Assembly: GCA_052035985.1 (NCBI GenBank)
Contig: JBPOHC010000544.1
Coordinates: 1,597-65,596 of the forward strand
Direction of reading: 5' to 3'
DNA length: 64,000 bases
From: Myxococcota bacterium
GTDB lineage: Bacteria; Myxococcota_A; Polyangia; Polyangiales; Ga0077539
Position numbers and translations under genes: made by a program. The notes under the pieces were generated by a model that saw only the letters and a list, made by a program, of their open reading frames with translations, did no database searches and was not told the DNA's origin. Numbering within the stretch: position 1 is the first letter of the stretch; the number at the start of each line of letters is the position of its first letter. Shown here piece after piece: positions 15,194 through 24,045 of the stretch.

Positions 15194-16359
15194 GCGAGTG
15201 CGTACGAGCCCCCGAGCTCGAGGCCGCCCTCGACGGACGCCTCGACGCCGACGCCACGCGCCAGGTCTTCGCCCACGCCCGCGGCTGCGCCCGCTGCCGA
15301 GAGGCGCGCGCGGAGCTCGAAGGGCTGCGAGACCTCGCGCGCTCGATGCCCGACGCGTCTCCCGACGCGGTGCACGCGCGCCGCGTTCGAGGCGCGATCA
15401 TGCGAGACGCGCTCCTCGGTCGCCCCGCCCGTCCGCCGATGCGCCGCTTCGCGCTCATGGCCGCGGCGTGCGTCGCGCTGCTCGTCGGCGTGGGCGCGTG
15501 GGTGAAGGTCCGTCACGCTTCGAACGCCACGCTCGCGTCGACGGTCGACCCGCGTCGCGTCGACCTCGCGGGCGCCGGTTCGCTGTGGCCCGCGTCGGAT
15601 GCGCGGGTGCTCGTGCGTTCGGCGGGACCGCTCACGCGCATCGAGCTCTGGCAGGGCGAGATCGTGATGCAGGTGAATCGTCGCGCTGCGGGCGAGCGCT
15701 TCGTGGTGGTGCTCTCCGACGCAGAGGTCGAGGTGCACGGCACCCGCTTCACGGTCGTCGCCGACGCGGGGCGGCTCGCGCGTGTCGATGTGGCAGAAGG
15801 CGTCGTGGCCGTACGCCACGCGGGTGATCCCGAGCGCTTTCTCAACGCGGGGACGCACCTCGTGTTGCCCGTCTCGCCGCCGAGGGATCTCGCCGCCGAT
15901 GGGGCCGCCGACGAAGACCGCGCGACGGCCTCCGCGACGCCCGCGCCGACGCCCGTTCGCACGCAGCCCGCGGTCGATCCGGGGGTGTCGTTCCGCGAGG
16001 GCTCGCTCGCGTATGCGAGAGGCGATCACGCGCTCGCCGACCGCGCGCTCGGGCGCTTCCTCTCGACGGCGCCGAGGAGCGATCCCCGCCGCGAGGACGC
16101 GCGCTACCTCCGTGTGCTCTCGCTCCACGCGCTCGCACGCGTCGACGGGCTGGCGCGCGAGGCCGACGCGTACGCGAGGGAGTTTCCCGGCGGTCTTCGG
16201 AGGCCCGAGGTCGTGCTTGCGGTGGTGAGCTCGCTCGCGGGCGACGGCCGCTGCGAGGAGGCTTCTGAAGCGGCGCGCGCGCTGCCCGATGGTGCGTCGG
16301 CTCGCATCCGTGGCGCCGTTTCGAGGGCGCTCCGCTGCGAGTCCGACGCCGGGCGGTAG
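15190..16359 (+). CDS. anti-sigma factor, zf-HC2 + TM + FecR-like domain + TPR-like tail (389 aa)
   Basis: HARGCARCREARAELEGL (HxxxCxxC), TM FALMAAACVALLVGVGAWV, FecR-like VEVHGTRFTVVADAG..VDVAEGVVAV. ATGA overlap with the sigma gene. Confidence 0.85.
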   Translation: MSECVRAPELEAALDGRLDADATRQVFAHARGCARCREARAELEGLRDLARSMPDASPDAVHARRVRGAIMRDALLGRPARPPMRRFALMAAACVALLVGVGAWVKVRHASNATLASTVDPRRVDLAGAGSLWPASDARVLVRSAGPLTRIELWQGEIVMQVNRRAAGERFVVVLSDAEVEVHGTRFTVVADAGRLARVDVAEGVVAVRHAGDPERFLNAGTHLVLPVSPPRDLAADGAADEDRATASATPAPTPVRTQPAVDPGVSFREGSLAYARGDHALADRALGRFLSTAPRSDPRREDARYLRVLSLHALARVDGLAREADAYAREFPGGLRRPEVVLAVVSSLAGDGRCEEASEAARALPDGASARIRGAVSRALRCESDAGR

Positions 16360-16374
16360 ACGGGATCGAAGCCT

Positions 16375-16836
16375 TCAGGCCGTGGGGACCGACGCGCCTT
16401 CGGCAGAGAGCCGCGCGCGGACCTCGATCTCCGCGGCCACCCAGTCTTCGAGGGGGCTGCCGTTGCGAAAGCCGCGCTGCTGCGCGCGCATGTACGCCTC
16501 GCGGCGGACGATCGCTTCGAACTCTTCGCGAGACAGCGTGCGCGACGGCGGGGCCATCGCCTCGATGATCGCGGGCTCCTCGGGCTGCGTCACGGGCTGC
16601 GTCTCGGGCTGCGCCTCGGCGACCACTTCGGTCGTGACTTCGGTCGTCACTTCGGTCGCGGTCACGGGCTGCGCGGGGGCGACCTCGGTGACCTCGACGG
16701 GCGACACCGTCGACTCGATGGCTTCGGACTTCTCCGCCGGGAGCTTCGTGCGCGTGGCGCTCGACTTGCGCGAGGTCTTCGTCGCGGCGCTCTTCGTCGT
16801 GGCGGTGGTCTTGGTAGCGGTGCTCTTCTTCGACAT
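16375..16836 (-). CDS. DUF2934-like small basic protein (153 aa)
   Basis: Start MSKKSTATKTT with a GGAGAGAG SD. C-terminal REEFEAIVRREAYMRAQQRGFRNGSPLEDWVAAEIEV matches the DUF2934 pattern. Internal TEVT repeats. Confidence 0.7.
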   Translation of the reverse strand: MSKKSTATKTTATTKSAATKTSRKSSATRTKLPAEKSEAIESTVSPVEVTEVAPAQPVTATEVTTEVTTEVVAEAQPETQPVTQPEEPAIIEAMAPPSRTLSREEFEAIVRREAYMRAQQRGFRNGSPLEDWVAAEIEVRARLSAEGASVPTA

Positions 16837-17043
16837 GGGATCTCTCTCCGTACTCTCGAACCGCGCGGTGGCGCATCGCCGCCTGCGCGACGTCACGGGG
16901 GTGCTGCGCCGCGTCCTCTTTCCCGCGCGACGGGGTGCGGTGTAGACCACAACATCGCGCGCTCGTCAAAGGGCAACACGCGCTCAGGCGTGTCGCGCTC
17001 GCGCTTGACGGAGACGCACACGAAGCGCTCCGATGCGCGGCAC

Positions 17044-17604
17044 ATGTCACCCGTGAGAGATCGCTTCTGCTCGTTCTGCGGCGCCGCGTACGCCGAGCCC
17101 CTCGCGTACCCGCGAACGTGCGCCAACGCGTCGTGCGGCGTGACCGTGTGGTCGAACCCGATCCCCGTGTGCGTGGTGCTCGCGCCCGTGCGTAGAGGCG
17201 AGGCGAAGGGCCTCATCGCGCTCCGTCGCGGCATCGATCCGCGCCGCGGGATGCTCGCGCTGCCGGGAGGATTCCTCGAGGACCACGAGACGTGGCAGGG
17301 CGGCGCGGCGCGCGAGCTTCGCGAGGAGGTCGACGTGGTGATCGACCCTTCGACGCTGCGCGACTTCTGGTTCGCGAGCAGCGGACCGAAGCCCAACCGC
17401 GTGCTGCTGTTCTCCGTCGCGGAGCCCGTCGAGCTCGCGTCGCTCGCGCCCTTCACGCCCAACCACGAGACGCTCGAGCGCGGCGTCGTGTGGGGCCCCG
17501 ACGGGCTCGACGAGGTGTTCGCGTTTCCGCTCCACGCCGAGGCCGCGCGGAGATGGTTCGCATCCGAACGAATCGCGGGCCCGCACGCGTGGGAGCTCGC
17601 GTGA
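17044..17604 (+). CDS. Nudix hydrolase with N-terminal zinc ribbon (186 aa)
   Basis: FCSFCG...CANASCG ribbon. Nudix box GGFLEDHETWQGGAARELREEVDV. Start taken at ATG 17044. Confidence 0.8.
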   Translation: MSPVRDRFCSFCGAAYAEPLAYPRTCANASCGVTVWSNPIPVCVVLAPVRRGEAKGLIALRRGIDPRRGMLALPGGFLEDHETWQGGAARELREEVDVVIDPSTLRDFWFASSGPKPNRVLLFSVAEPVELASLAPFTPNHETLERGVVWGPDGLDEVFAFPLHAEAARRWFASERIAGPHAWELA

Positions 17605-17606
17605 CG

Positions 17607-20051
17607 CTACGAGCCTGACCCGCCGGGCTTCTCCCCGCCCTGAATCTCCTTCAGCAACCGCACCATGTTCTGCGCCTCGGCCTTCTCGCCCGCGAAGTCG
17701 AGGATGCGCGCGCGGCTCTCGATGAGCGGCGTGAGCAGCTCCTGGTTGATCGTGGGGTACGCCTCGGCGCGGTATCGCACCCGTCGCGCCTCGTTCGAGA
17801 GCAACGACCACGCGGCCTCTCCGCGCGTGAGCGCCGCGCGCGCGAGCTCGCGGTCGACCTCGTGCCACGGGCCCGCGGGGCCGTACTCCGCCTGGAACTT
17901 CTTCCACGCCGCGAGCACCTCCTCGCCCGACGCGGTCCAGTGGATGAAGAGCGCTTCGAAGTGGTTCTGCGACGACATCCTCGCGACGCGTCGCGCGAGC
18001 TCACTTCGGCGATCCTCGCGCGCGTCGCGCATCGGAGGCGCCCACGAGACGATCTCGAAGAGCTCGAGCATCATCGCGAGGCGCAGCATCGACGACGAGT
18101 TGCGGAGGTGCGCCGCGAGGTCCGTCGACGCGTCGAGGCCGCGCGTGACGGTGCGCTCCTCGGCGGCCGTGAGGCGCATGCGGTGGAGGCGCTTCTCGCG
18201 GTCGGGGCGCAGCACGGGGGCGAGGTGGATTCGCTCTCCGAGGGCCGTGAGGCACTCGTCGTTCGAAAGGTCTCGAAGGAGCGGTCGGAGCCCCGCGACG
18301 ACGAGGCCCGTCATGGTCTCGTGCACGGCCATCGAGAAGCCCGCGAGCTTCGCGTCGGTGAGCTCGTAGCGCCCCTCGCGCCATTGAAAGCAGCGCAGCA
18401 CGCGCTGACGCTCCGCGGGGTGGAGCACGGGCGTCCCGCCGTCGATCCCGATGCGCACGACCTCCGACTCGCCGTGCAGCGACAGCGTGCCTTGGAGGTG
18501 CGGGCGCATCCCGATCTGCGACAGAAGCGCCGCGAAGGGGAGCGGACGCGCGAGCTCGGCGCTCACCGCGGCGCGCGTGAGCGGCATCGCGAAGATCACA
18601 TCGAGCGACGGTGATCCGATGAACGCGCCCGCGCGAGGGAGCCTCGCGCTCGCGGTCTCGCCCTCCGCGAGCGTCGCGGGCGGGAGCGACGACGGACGCT
18701 GCGGCGGACCCGACGACGGGGCCAGCGGCGGCGTCGATGGACGCGGCGGAGGCTGCGGCGACGCGCGCGATGGAGGGATCGGCGACGGGTTCGCGCCAGG
18801 CAACGGCACGGGACGCGTGGGGACACGCGCATACGGAACAGGCGTCGGCGTGGGGTGGCGCGGGGGCGCTGGCGTCATCGCGGGCGGCGCCGTCGGTGCC
18901 GCAGGCGTCGCTGACGGCGCCGCGGGCGGCGGGATCGACGGACGCCGCGGCGGGATCGACGGCGGCGACGAGGGCGCGTGCGCTTCGAACGACGAGAGGT
19001 CCGGCGGCGACGCGTGACGCAGCGAAGCGGGAGGGGGCGGCGGCGATGACGGCGGCGCCCACGACGGCGGCGACGACTGCGCGGGCGCGCGCTCTCCCTG
19101 ACGGAGCCTCGCGGCCTCCCTCGCCGCGCCGGTCGCCGCGGCCGTGTGATCGAGCGCGACGAGCGGGAAGCTCCAGCGCGCCGAGAGCTTCTCGCCGAGC
19201 GCCGCGACGCGAGACTGACGGCCCGCGATGACGAGGCGCGCGACCCGGTTCGGCGCGACGCCGCTCGAGCGCAGGGCGTCGTCGATCATCCCGGCCGCGC
19301 GCTCGACCACGTCGTCGAACGCGAGCGCGAGCACGTCAACCGTCGCGGTGACCGTCGCGGGGCCTCCGCCGTCGAAGAGAAACGGCGTCGCGATGCGGAG
19401 CGGCTCTCCCTCTCGCTCGTGCGCGAGCGCGTCGCGCGCCGCCGCCGCGAGGAGCCACCGAAGCTCTCGCGCGTCGGAGATCTGCGCGTGGCGCTTGTGA
19501 TCGATCGTGAAAGACACCCACGACACGACGTCTTCGACGAAGAGGTCGCCGAGCGCGACGGCCTTGTCTCGCAGCGCGTGCGGATACAGCGACCCGCCGC
19601 GCGCTTCGAAGACCCCGACCTCGACGTGACCGAGGTCGACGCTCACCGCCACGGTCACCCCGTGCTCGCGGTGAGCCCCCACGGCCACGGCGAGCGCCTC
19701 CGCGGGCCCCATGCACCGCAGCACCTCGACGTCGGCGCGCGCCGCGCCACGCAGCACCGCGTCGCGCGCCTGCGCACCCGCGCTGCGAGGGAGGCAGAGC
19801 ACCGCCTCGCAGCGCGCGTCGGCGTGGAGCACGTAGCGACCGCGCGCGTCGGCGAGCAGCGCATCGGCCATGGCCTCGACGGCGTCGGCGTCGTGGCGCT
19901 CCCAGTCCCACCCGCGCAGCTCCGACGCGTCGAGGTCGCGCTCGCCCGCCGCGAGCTCGCCGCGCGACAGCACGATCGCGCGATCGTTCATCATGCCCAC
20001 CGCGACCATGCGCGGCGTGGCGAGGTCGAAACCAAATAGAACGCTGCTCAT
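17607..20051 (-). CDS. Hsp70-NBD-like / Pro-rich linker / DUF4388-like / J-like multidomain protein (814 aa)
   Basis: N-terminal actin/Hsp70 fold motifs FGFDLATPRMVAV, VDLGHVEVGVFE, LVIAGRQSRV. A ~150-aa Pro/Ser/Ala linker. C-terminal NHFEALFIHWTASGEEVLAAWKKFQAEYGPAG...ARRVRYR, J-like but without HPD. Confidence 0.75.
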   Translation of the reverse strand: MSSVLFGFDLATPRMVAVGMMNDRAIVLSRGELAAGERDLDASELRGWDWERHDADAVEAMADALLADARGRYVLHADARCEAVLCLPRSAGAQARDAVLRGAARADVEVLRCMGPAEALAVAVGAHREHGVTVAVSVDLGHVEVGVFEARGGSLYPHALRDKAVALGDLFVEDVVSWVSFTIDHKRHAQISDARELRWLLAAAARDALAHEREGEPLRIATPFLFDGGGPATVTATVDVLALAFDDVVERAAGMIDDALRSSGVAPNRVARLVIAGRQSRVAALGEKLSARWSFPLVALDHTAAATGAAREAARLRQGERAPAQSSPPSWAPPSSPPPPPASLRHASPPDLSSFEAHAPSSPPSIPPRRPSIPPPAAPSATPAAPTAPPAMTPAPPRHPTPTPVPYARVPTRPVPLPGANPSPIPPSRASPQPPPRPSTPPLAPSSGPPQRPSSLPPATLAEGETASARLPRAGAFIGSPSLDVIFAMPLTRAAVSAELARPLPFAALLSQIGMRPHLQGTLSLHGESEVVRIGIDGGTPVLHPAERQRVLRCFQWREGRYELTDAKLAGFSMAVHETMTGLVVAGLRPLLRDLSNDECLTALGERIHLAPVLRPDREKRLHRMRLTAAEERTVTRGLDASTDLAAHLRNSSSMLRLAMMLELFEIVSWAPPMRDAREDRRSELARRVARMSSQNHFEALFIHWTASGEEVLAAWKKFQAEYGPAGPWHEVDRELARAALTRGEAAWSLLSNEARRVRYRAEAYPTINQELLTPLIESRARILDFAGEKAEAQNMVRLLKEIQGGEKPGGSGS

Positions 20052-20182
20052 GTTCGGTCGTCGCTCCACCCGGTGCGTCGTGGGCGCGACCCTCGCACCG
20101 GATCAGCGTATTCGCAAGCGTGTGCGCGTATGCAATCGATGCGATGAAACGGTGCGTGAGGCCGTGATCGTTGCGCGCTCGG

Positions 20183-21376
20183 TCAGCCCGTCGCAGCGAG
20201 CGCGAGCCAGTCGACCGAGGCCGGGAGCCTCCCCTCGGCGCGGTCCGCGCGACCGCCGCCGCGCCCGCCGTGTGCTGCGGCGGCGCGCTTGAGCCACGCG
20301 CCGCAGTCGAACGCGCTCCCCTCTCCGCGCGCGAGCGCCACGAGCAGCCCCTCGCTCGTGCGCGACGCGAGCAGCGCGATCATCTCGGGCGTCGCGGTGA
20401 TCCTCGACGCGAGCGCGCGCAGCGTCTCGATCGCGTCGCCGTCGAGCACGCAGGCCACGCGTCGCTCTCCCCGCGCGAGCGCGTCGGTCACGAGCCGCTG
20501 CGCGTAGAGCGTCGCCCACTGCTCGCGCGCGAGGCCCAGCGATTCGCGCGCGCCCTGGAGGTCGCTTCGGAGACGCTCGACGCCCGCGCGGACATCCAGC
20601 GGTCCGCACGAGAACGACCGCGCGAGGTCGGCGAGCGCCTTCGAACGCGCGGAGAGCTCTCGCTGCGCGACGCGGCCCGCGAGGAAGGTCACGCGACCCT
20701 TCCCCTTGTAGCGCTCGACGCCCGTGACGGTGACCGTGCCCACCTGCGAGGTGCGCGTGCAGTGGGTGCCGCCGCACGGCGACACGTCGAAGCCCCCCGC
20801 GTCGACGACGCGGATGTTCTCGCTCACCTTCGGCGCGCGCCGCAGCGGCAGCCGCGCGAGCTCCTCGGGCGAAGGAAAGAACTGCCGCACCGCGAGGTCG
20901 TCTTCGATCACCCGGTTCACGAGGTCTTCGGCGCGCGCCACGGCGGCCTCGTCGAGCGACGCGAGGTGCACGTCGATGGTGCACGACGTCGACCCGAGCC
21001 GCGACGACACGGTCTCCGCGTCGGCCTCGTCGAGCAGCGCGCGAGAGAGCATGTGCTGCCCCGTGTGTAGCGCCATGTGGAGCCTCCGACGGCTGCGTTC
21101 GATGACGCCCTTCACGCGCGATCCCACGGCGGGCGCGTCGCCCTCCACGAGGTGGTGCACCACGCCCGCGTCGTCGACCTGAACGTCGAGAACCGCGAGG
21201 GCGTCGAGCGTCCCCACGTCGCCGAGCTGGCCGCCCGACTCGGGGTAGAACGCCGTGCGATCGAGGATCACCGAGGGGCGCTCCCCGAAGCGTCCGTGCG
21301 ACATCACCTCGGCCTCGAACTCGAGGAGCATCGGGTCGTCGTAGTGGAGCCTCGTGGTGGCGATGTCGGCCGTCAT
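20183..21376 (-). CDS. alaX: alanyl-tRNA editing protein, AlaX-L type (AlaRS editing + DHHA1-like domains, 397 aa)
   Basis: Zn motifs HTGQHML and CGGTHC. C-terminal GGRGGGRADRAEG typical of the AlaRS C-terminal/DHHA1 region. Confidence 0.85.
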   Translation of the reverse strand: MTADIATTRLHYDDPMLLEFEAEVMSHGRFGERPSVILDRTAFYPESGGQLGDVGTLDALAVLDVQVDDAGVVHHLVEGDAPAVGSRVKGVIERSRRRLHMALHTGQHMLSRALLDEADAETVSSRLGSTSCTIDVHLASLDEAAVARAEDLVNRVIEDDLAVRQFFPSPEELARLPLRRAPKVSENIRVVDAGGFDVSPCGGTHCTRTSQVGTVTVTGVERYKGKGRVTFLAGRVAQRELSARSKALADLARSFSCGPLDVRAGVERLRSDLQGARESLGLAREQWATLYAQRLVTDALARGERRVACVLDGDAIETLRALASRITATPEMIALLASRTSEGLLVALARGEGSAFDCGAWLKRAAAAHGGRGGGRADRAEGRLPASVDWLALAATG

Positions 21377-21432
21377 GTCGGCAACGTCTACACCACACCC
21401 CGCGCGCGGATGAAGATGTATAGTCCGCGGCC

Positions 21433-22287
21433 GTGAACGACAGGCCGCTTCGTGTGTTGTTCGTGGCGTCGGAGTGCGCTCCCTTCGCGAGGATGGGGGT
21501 GCTCGGCGATGTGGTGGGCGCGCTGCCCGGGGCCCTCCGCCGTCGCGGCGTCGACGCGCGCGTGGTGATCCCCCGCTTCGGGTGGATCTCGCCCGTGAGC
21601 ACCGACGGGATGTCGAAGCACCTCGCGCCGCTCGGCGTTCCGCTCGGCGACGCGGAGGCGTGGTGCGCGGTGTACGAGGCCCCGCTGCCCGGCAGCGACG
21701 CGCCCGTGTACATGCTCGACCACGAGGTGCTCTTCGACCGCGCGTACCTCTACGACCCGCCGGGCGCCGTGGCGCACGACAGCCTCGCGCGCTTCGCCTT
21801 CCTCTCGCGCGGCGCGTTTCAGCTTGTGAAGCACCTCGGCTGGGTGCCCGACGTGATGCACGCCCACGACTGGCCCTCGGCGCTCGTGCCCGTGTACCTC
21901 GACACGCTGGAGTCGAAGGGCATGTTCCGCCGCACCGCGGGGGTGCTCGGGATTCACGGGATCAAGCACCAGGGGCGCTTCTCGCGCGACGAGGCCGCCG
22001 TCACGCAGCTCGGCCCCGACGAGATCGTCGGCGCGCTCGAAGATCACGGCGGCGTGAACCTCCTCAAGGGCGGCATCGCGCACGCCGCGAAGATCGTCAC
22101 GACGACGCGCCGCCACGCGGACTCGCTGCGCACCGCGGACGGCGCCGCGGGCCTCGACGCGGCGCTCAAGGCGCGGAGCGAAGACCTCTCAGGCCTCGTC
22201 GAAGAAGACCCCATCGACTGGGACCTCGCCGCCGAGCGGCTCGTCGAGATCTACCGCGCGGCCATCGCGCGGCGCCGGGGTGCGTAG
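21433..22287 (+). CDS. glycogen/starch synthase (GlgA) N-terminal-domain-only protein, probably non-catalytic (284 aa)
   Basis: GTG start. LRVLFVASECAPFARMGVLGDVVGALP (KTGGL replaced by RMGVL), MHAHDWPSALVPVYL, LLKGGIAHAAKIVT. The sequence jumps from LSGLVEEDPIDW directly to the C-terminal-helix-like DLAAERLVEIYRAAI. Confidence 0.75.
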   Translation: MNDRPLRVLFVASECAPFARMGVLGDVVGALPGALRRRGVDARVVIPRFGWISPVSTDGMSKHLAPLGVPLGDAEAWCAVYEAPLPGSDAPVYMLDHEVLFDRAYLYDPPGAVAHDSLARFAFLSRGAFQLVKHLGWVPDVMHAHDWPSALVPVYLDTLESKGMFRRTAGVLGIHGIKHQGRFSRDEAAVTQLGPDEIVGALEDHGGVNLLKGGIAHAAKIVTTTRRHADSLRTADGAAGLDAALKARSEDLSGLVEEDPIDWDLAAERLVEIYRAAIARRRGA

Positions 22288-22637
22288 TGTCGAAGCGCGA
22301 GAACGACGACGACGCGTGGCGCCTCATCGCGGTGCTCCAGAGCACGGTCTTCATGCCGCCCGCGCTGGCCGTGAGGCTCTACCGCGCGGCGATCAACCTG
22401 CACCGGACCGACGCGGACATCGAGAACCTCACCGACCCCGAAACCGCCTACGGACAGGTGCGGAGGCTTCGAAGAGAGCTCCTCCTCGGCACCTTCGGCG
22501 GACCGGGATTCGAAGCCGAGATCGACACGCCTTCGGGCAAGGGCTTCGTGCGCTTCATCGTGACCCGAGAGGGCATCGAGCAGGCTGAAGAGCTCGACGC
22601 CCGACGCAAGGCCCACGAGCGCGCGGCCTGGAACTGA
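22287..22637 (+). CDS. hypothetical protein (116 aa)
   Basis: GTG at 22287 overlaps the last base of the TAG of the preceding gene. Normal composition (VSKRENDDDAWRLIAVLQSTVFMPPALAVRLYRAAINLHRTDADIENL...). It is the tail of the otherwise junk track ORF 21474..22637. Confidence 0.5.
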   Translation: MSKRENDDDAWRLIAVLQSTVFMPPALAVRLYRAAINLHRTDADIENLTDPETAYGQVRRLRRELLLGTFGGPGFEAEIDTPSGKGFVRFIVTREGIEQAEELDARRKAHERAAWN

Positions 22638-22782
22638 TCGCGCGACCACCCCCCCGACGGAGCTCCACGACGACGCTGGGCCCATCGCATGGGACTTTCC
22701 GTGGTCGCCCGGGTCGGTGTTACCGTGACACTCAAGAAGAGCCGTCGGGCCGCCGTCTACGTGCCCGAGGAGAGAACACGCG

Positions 22783-24042
22783 ATGGACCTGAGGCAGCGC
22801 CTCCCTACGCTCACGCTCGCCACCGCGCTGGCGTTGGTGACGGGAACCCAAGACGTCTCGGCGCAGACCCGCGCCCCCGCCATTCAGGTCGCGGTCGCGA
22901 CGACTTCGCCCGAACACCTCGCGGCGCAGGCTTCGGCCCCTCCCGCACAACAGCCTGAGACGCCCGCCGCGACGCCTCCCGCGGCCCCGCAAGCGGCTCC
23001 GTCGAGCGCCGACAGTGGCGTGCGGATGTTCCGCGGGAGGCCCGAAGACGACCTCCTCCACGAGATGGCGACGCGCCCCGTACGTCGCGTGATCGAGCGC
23101 TTCAACAGCAGCACGCTGGTGTTCCACTGCGACCTCGGCGACGGCTACGAGATCGCGTTCAAGCCCGCGCGTCAGGGCGAGCGCGACTGGTGGGTCCACG
23201 AGCTCGCGGGCTACGAGCTCGCGCGGGCCCTCGGCATCGAAGGACGCGTCCCGCCCGCGGTGTATCGCACGGTCCCCATCGGCGCGCTCGACGGCTTTCT
23301 CCGCGACGCGAACCTCGAGGTCGAGCGCAACGGCATGGTCGAGGGCGCCGCCATCGCGTGGATGCCCGTGCTCCGTCGCACGAACCTCCACACCGCCGAG
23401 GCGCGCGCCGAGTGGAACCCCTGGCTCGACCCGCGGCAGGCCATCCCCCCGGAGCGCCTCACGCGCGCCACGCAGATCGCGTCGCTCATCGTATTCGACT
23501 ATCTGCAAGCCAATTTCGACCGATGGAACTCGGCCAACGTCCCGCAGGACGAGCGCGACGACCTCGTCTTCCGCGACAACAACCGCGCCTGGTACATGCA
23601 GAACCTCCGTCGCACCGACCGCGGCGGCATCGAGGGCATCCGACGCATCCCCGCGAGCCTCCTCTCGGCCGTCGAGCGCACGCCGGCAGAGGTGCTCGCG
23701 CGGCGCACGGTCAACTCCGACTTCCGCATCCTGCGCGAGAGTCAGGTGCGCGAGTACGAGGTCCGCCGCCGCGCCCTCCTCGCGCGCGTCAACGAGGCCG
23801 TCGAGCAGTACGGCCGCGACCGCGTCGTGATCGACGACTCGGCCACGCCCATCTCACGCGTCACCGATCGCGACGCCACGGAGCCCGCGTCGCCCGCCTC
23901 GCCCGTGACCGCGGAGCCCACCGCGCGCCGCCGCGGCCGTCACGGGCATCACCACCGCGACGCGGACGGGGAGCAGGGCGCCCGCCACGGACACCACGGT
24001 CGTCACGGTCGCCACGGCCGCCACGGTCACCACACGCACTGA
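22783..24042 (+). CDS. secreted Fam20C/four-jointed-like atypical kinase homologue with His-rich C-terminal tail (419 aa)
   Basis: Signal peptide MDLRQRLPTLTLATALALVTGTQDVSAQ. IAFKP (Lys), WWVHELAGYELARALGIEGRVPPAV (Glu), FDYLQANFDRWNS (catalytic Asp), LVFRDNNRAWY (metal Asp). Tail GRHGHHHRD..HGHHGRHGRHGRHGHHTH. Confidence 0.7.
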   Translation: MDLRQRLPTLTLATALALVTGTQDVSAQTRAPAIQVAVATTSPEHLAAQASAPPAQQPETPAATPPAAPQAAPSSADSGVRMFRGRPEDDLLHEMATRPVRRVIERFNSSTLVFHCDLGDGYEIAFKPARQGERDWWVHELAGYELARALGIEGRVPPAVYRTVPIGALDGFLRDANLEVERNGMVEGAAIAWMPVLRRTNLHTAEARAEWNPWLDPRQAIPPERLTRATQIASLIVFDYLQANFDRWNSANVPQDERDDLVFRDNNRAWYMQNLRRTDRGGIEGIRRIPASLLSAVERTPAEVLARRTVNSDFRILRESQVREYEVRRRALLARVNEAVEQYGRDRVVIDDSATPISRVTDRDATEPASPASPVTAEPTARRRGRHGHHHRDADGEQGARHGHHGRHGRHGRHGHHTH

Positions 24043-24045
24043 CGG

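Noticed and set aside
21433-22637. GlgA-like gene as a simple frameshift pseudogene
   Set aside because: None of the three forward frames downstream of 22287 encodes GT-B C-domain motifs (no E..G, PSRFEPCGL-like or similar segments). The ORF ends with a helix resembling the authentic GlgA C-terminus. This is an in-frame domain loss rather than a frameshift, and I kept it as a CDS.
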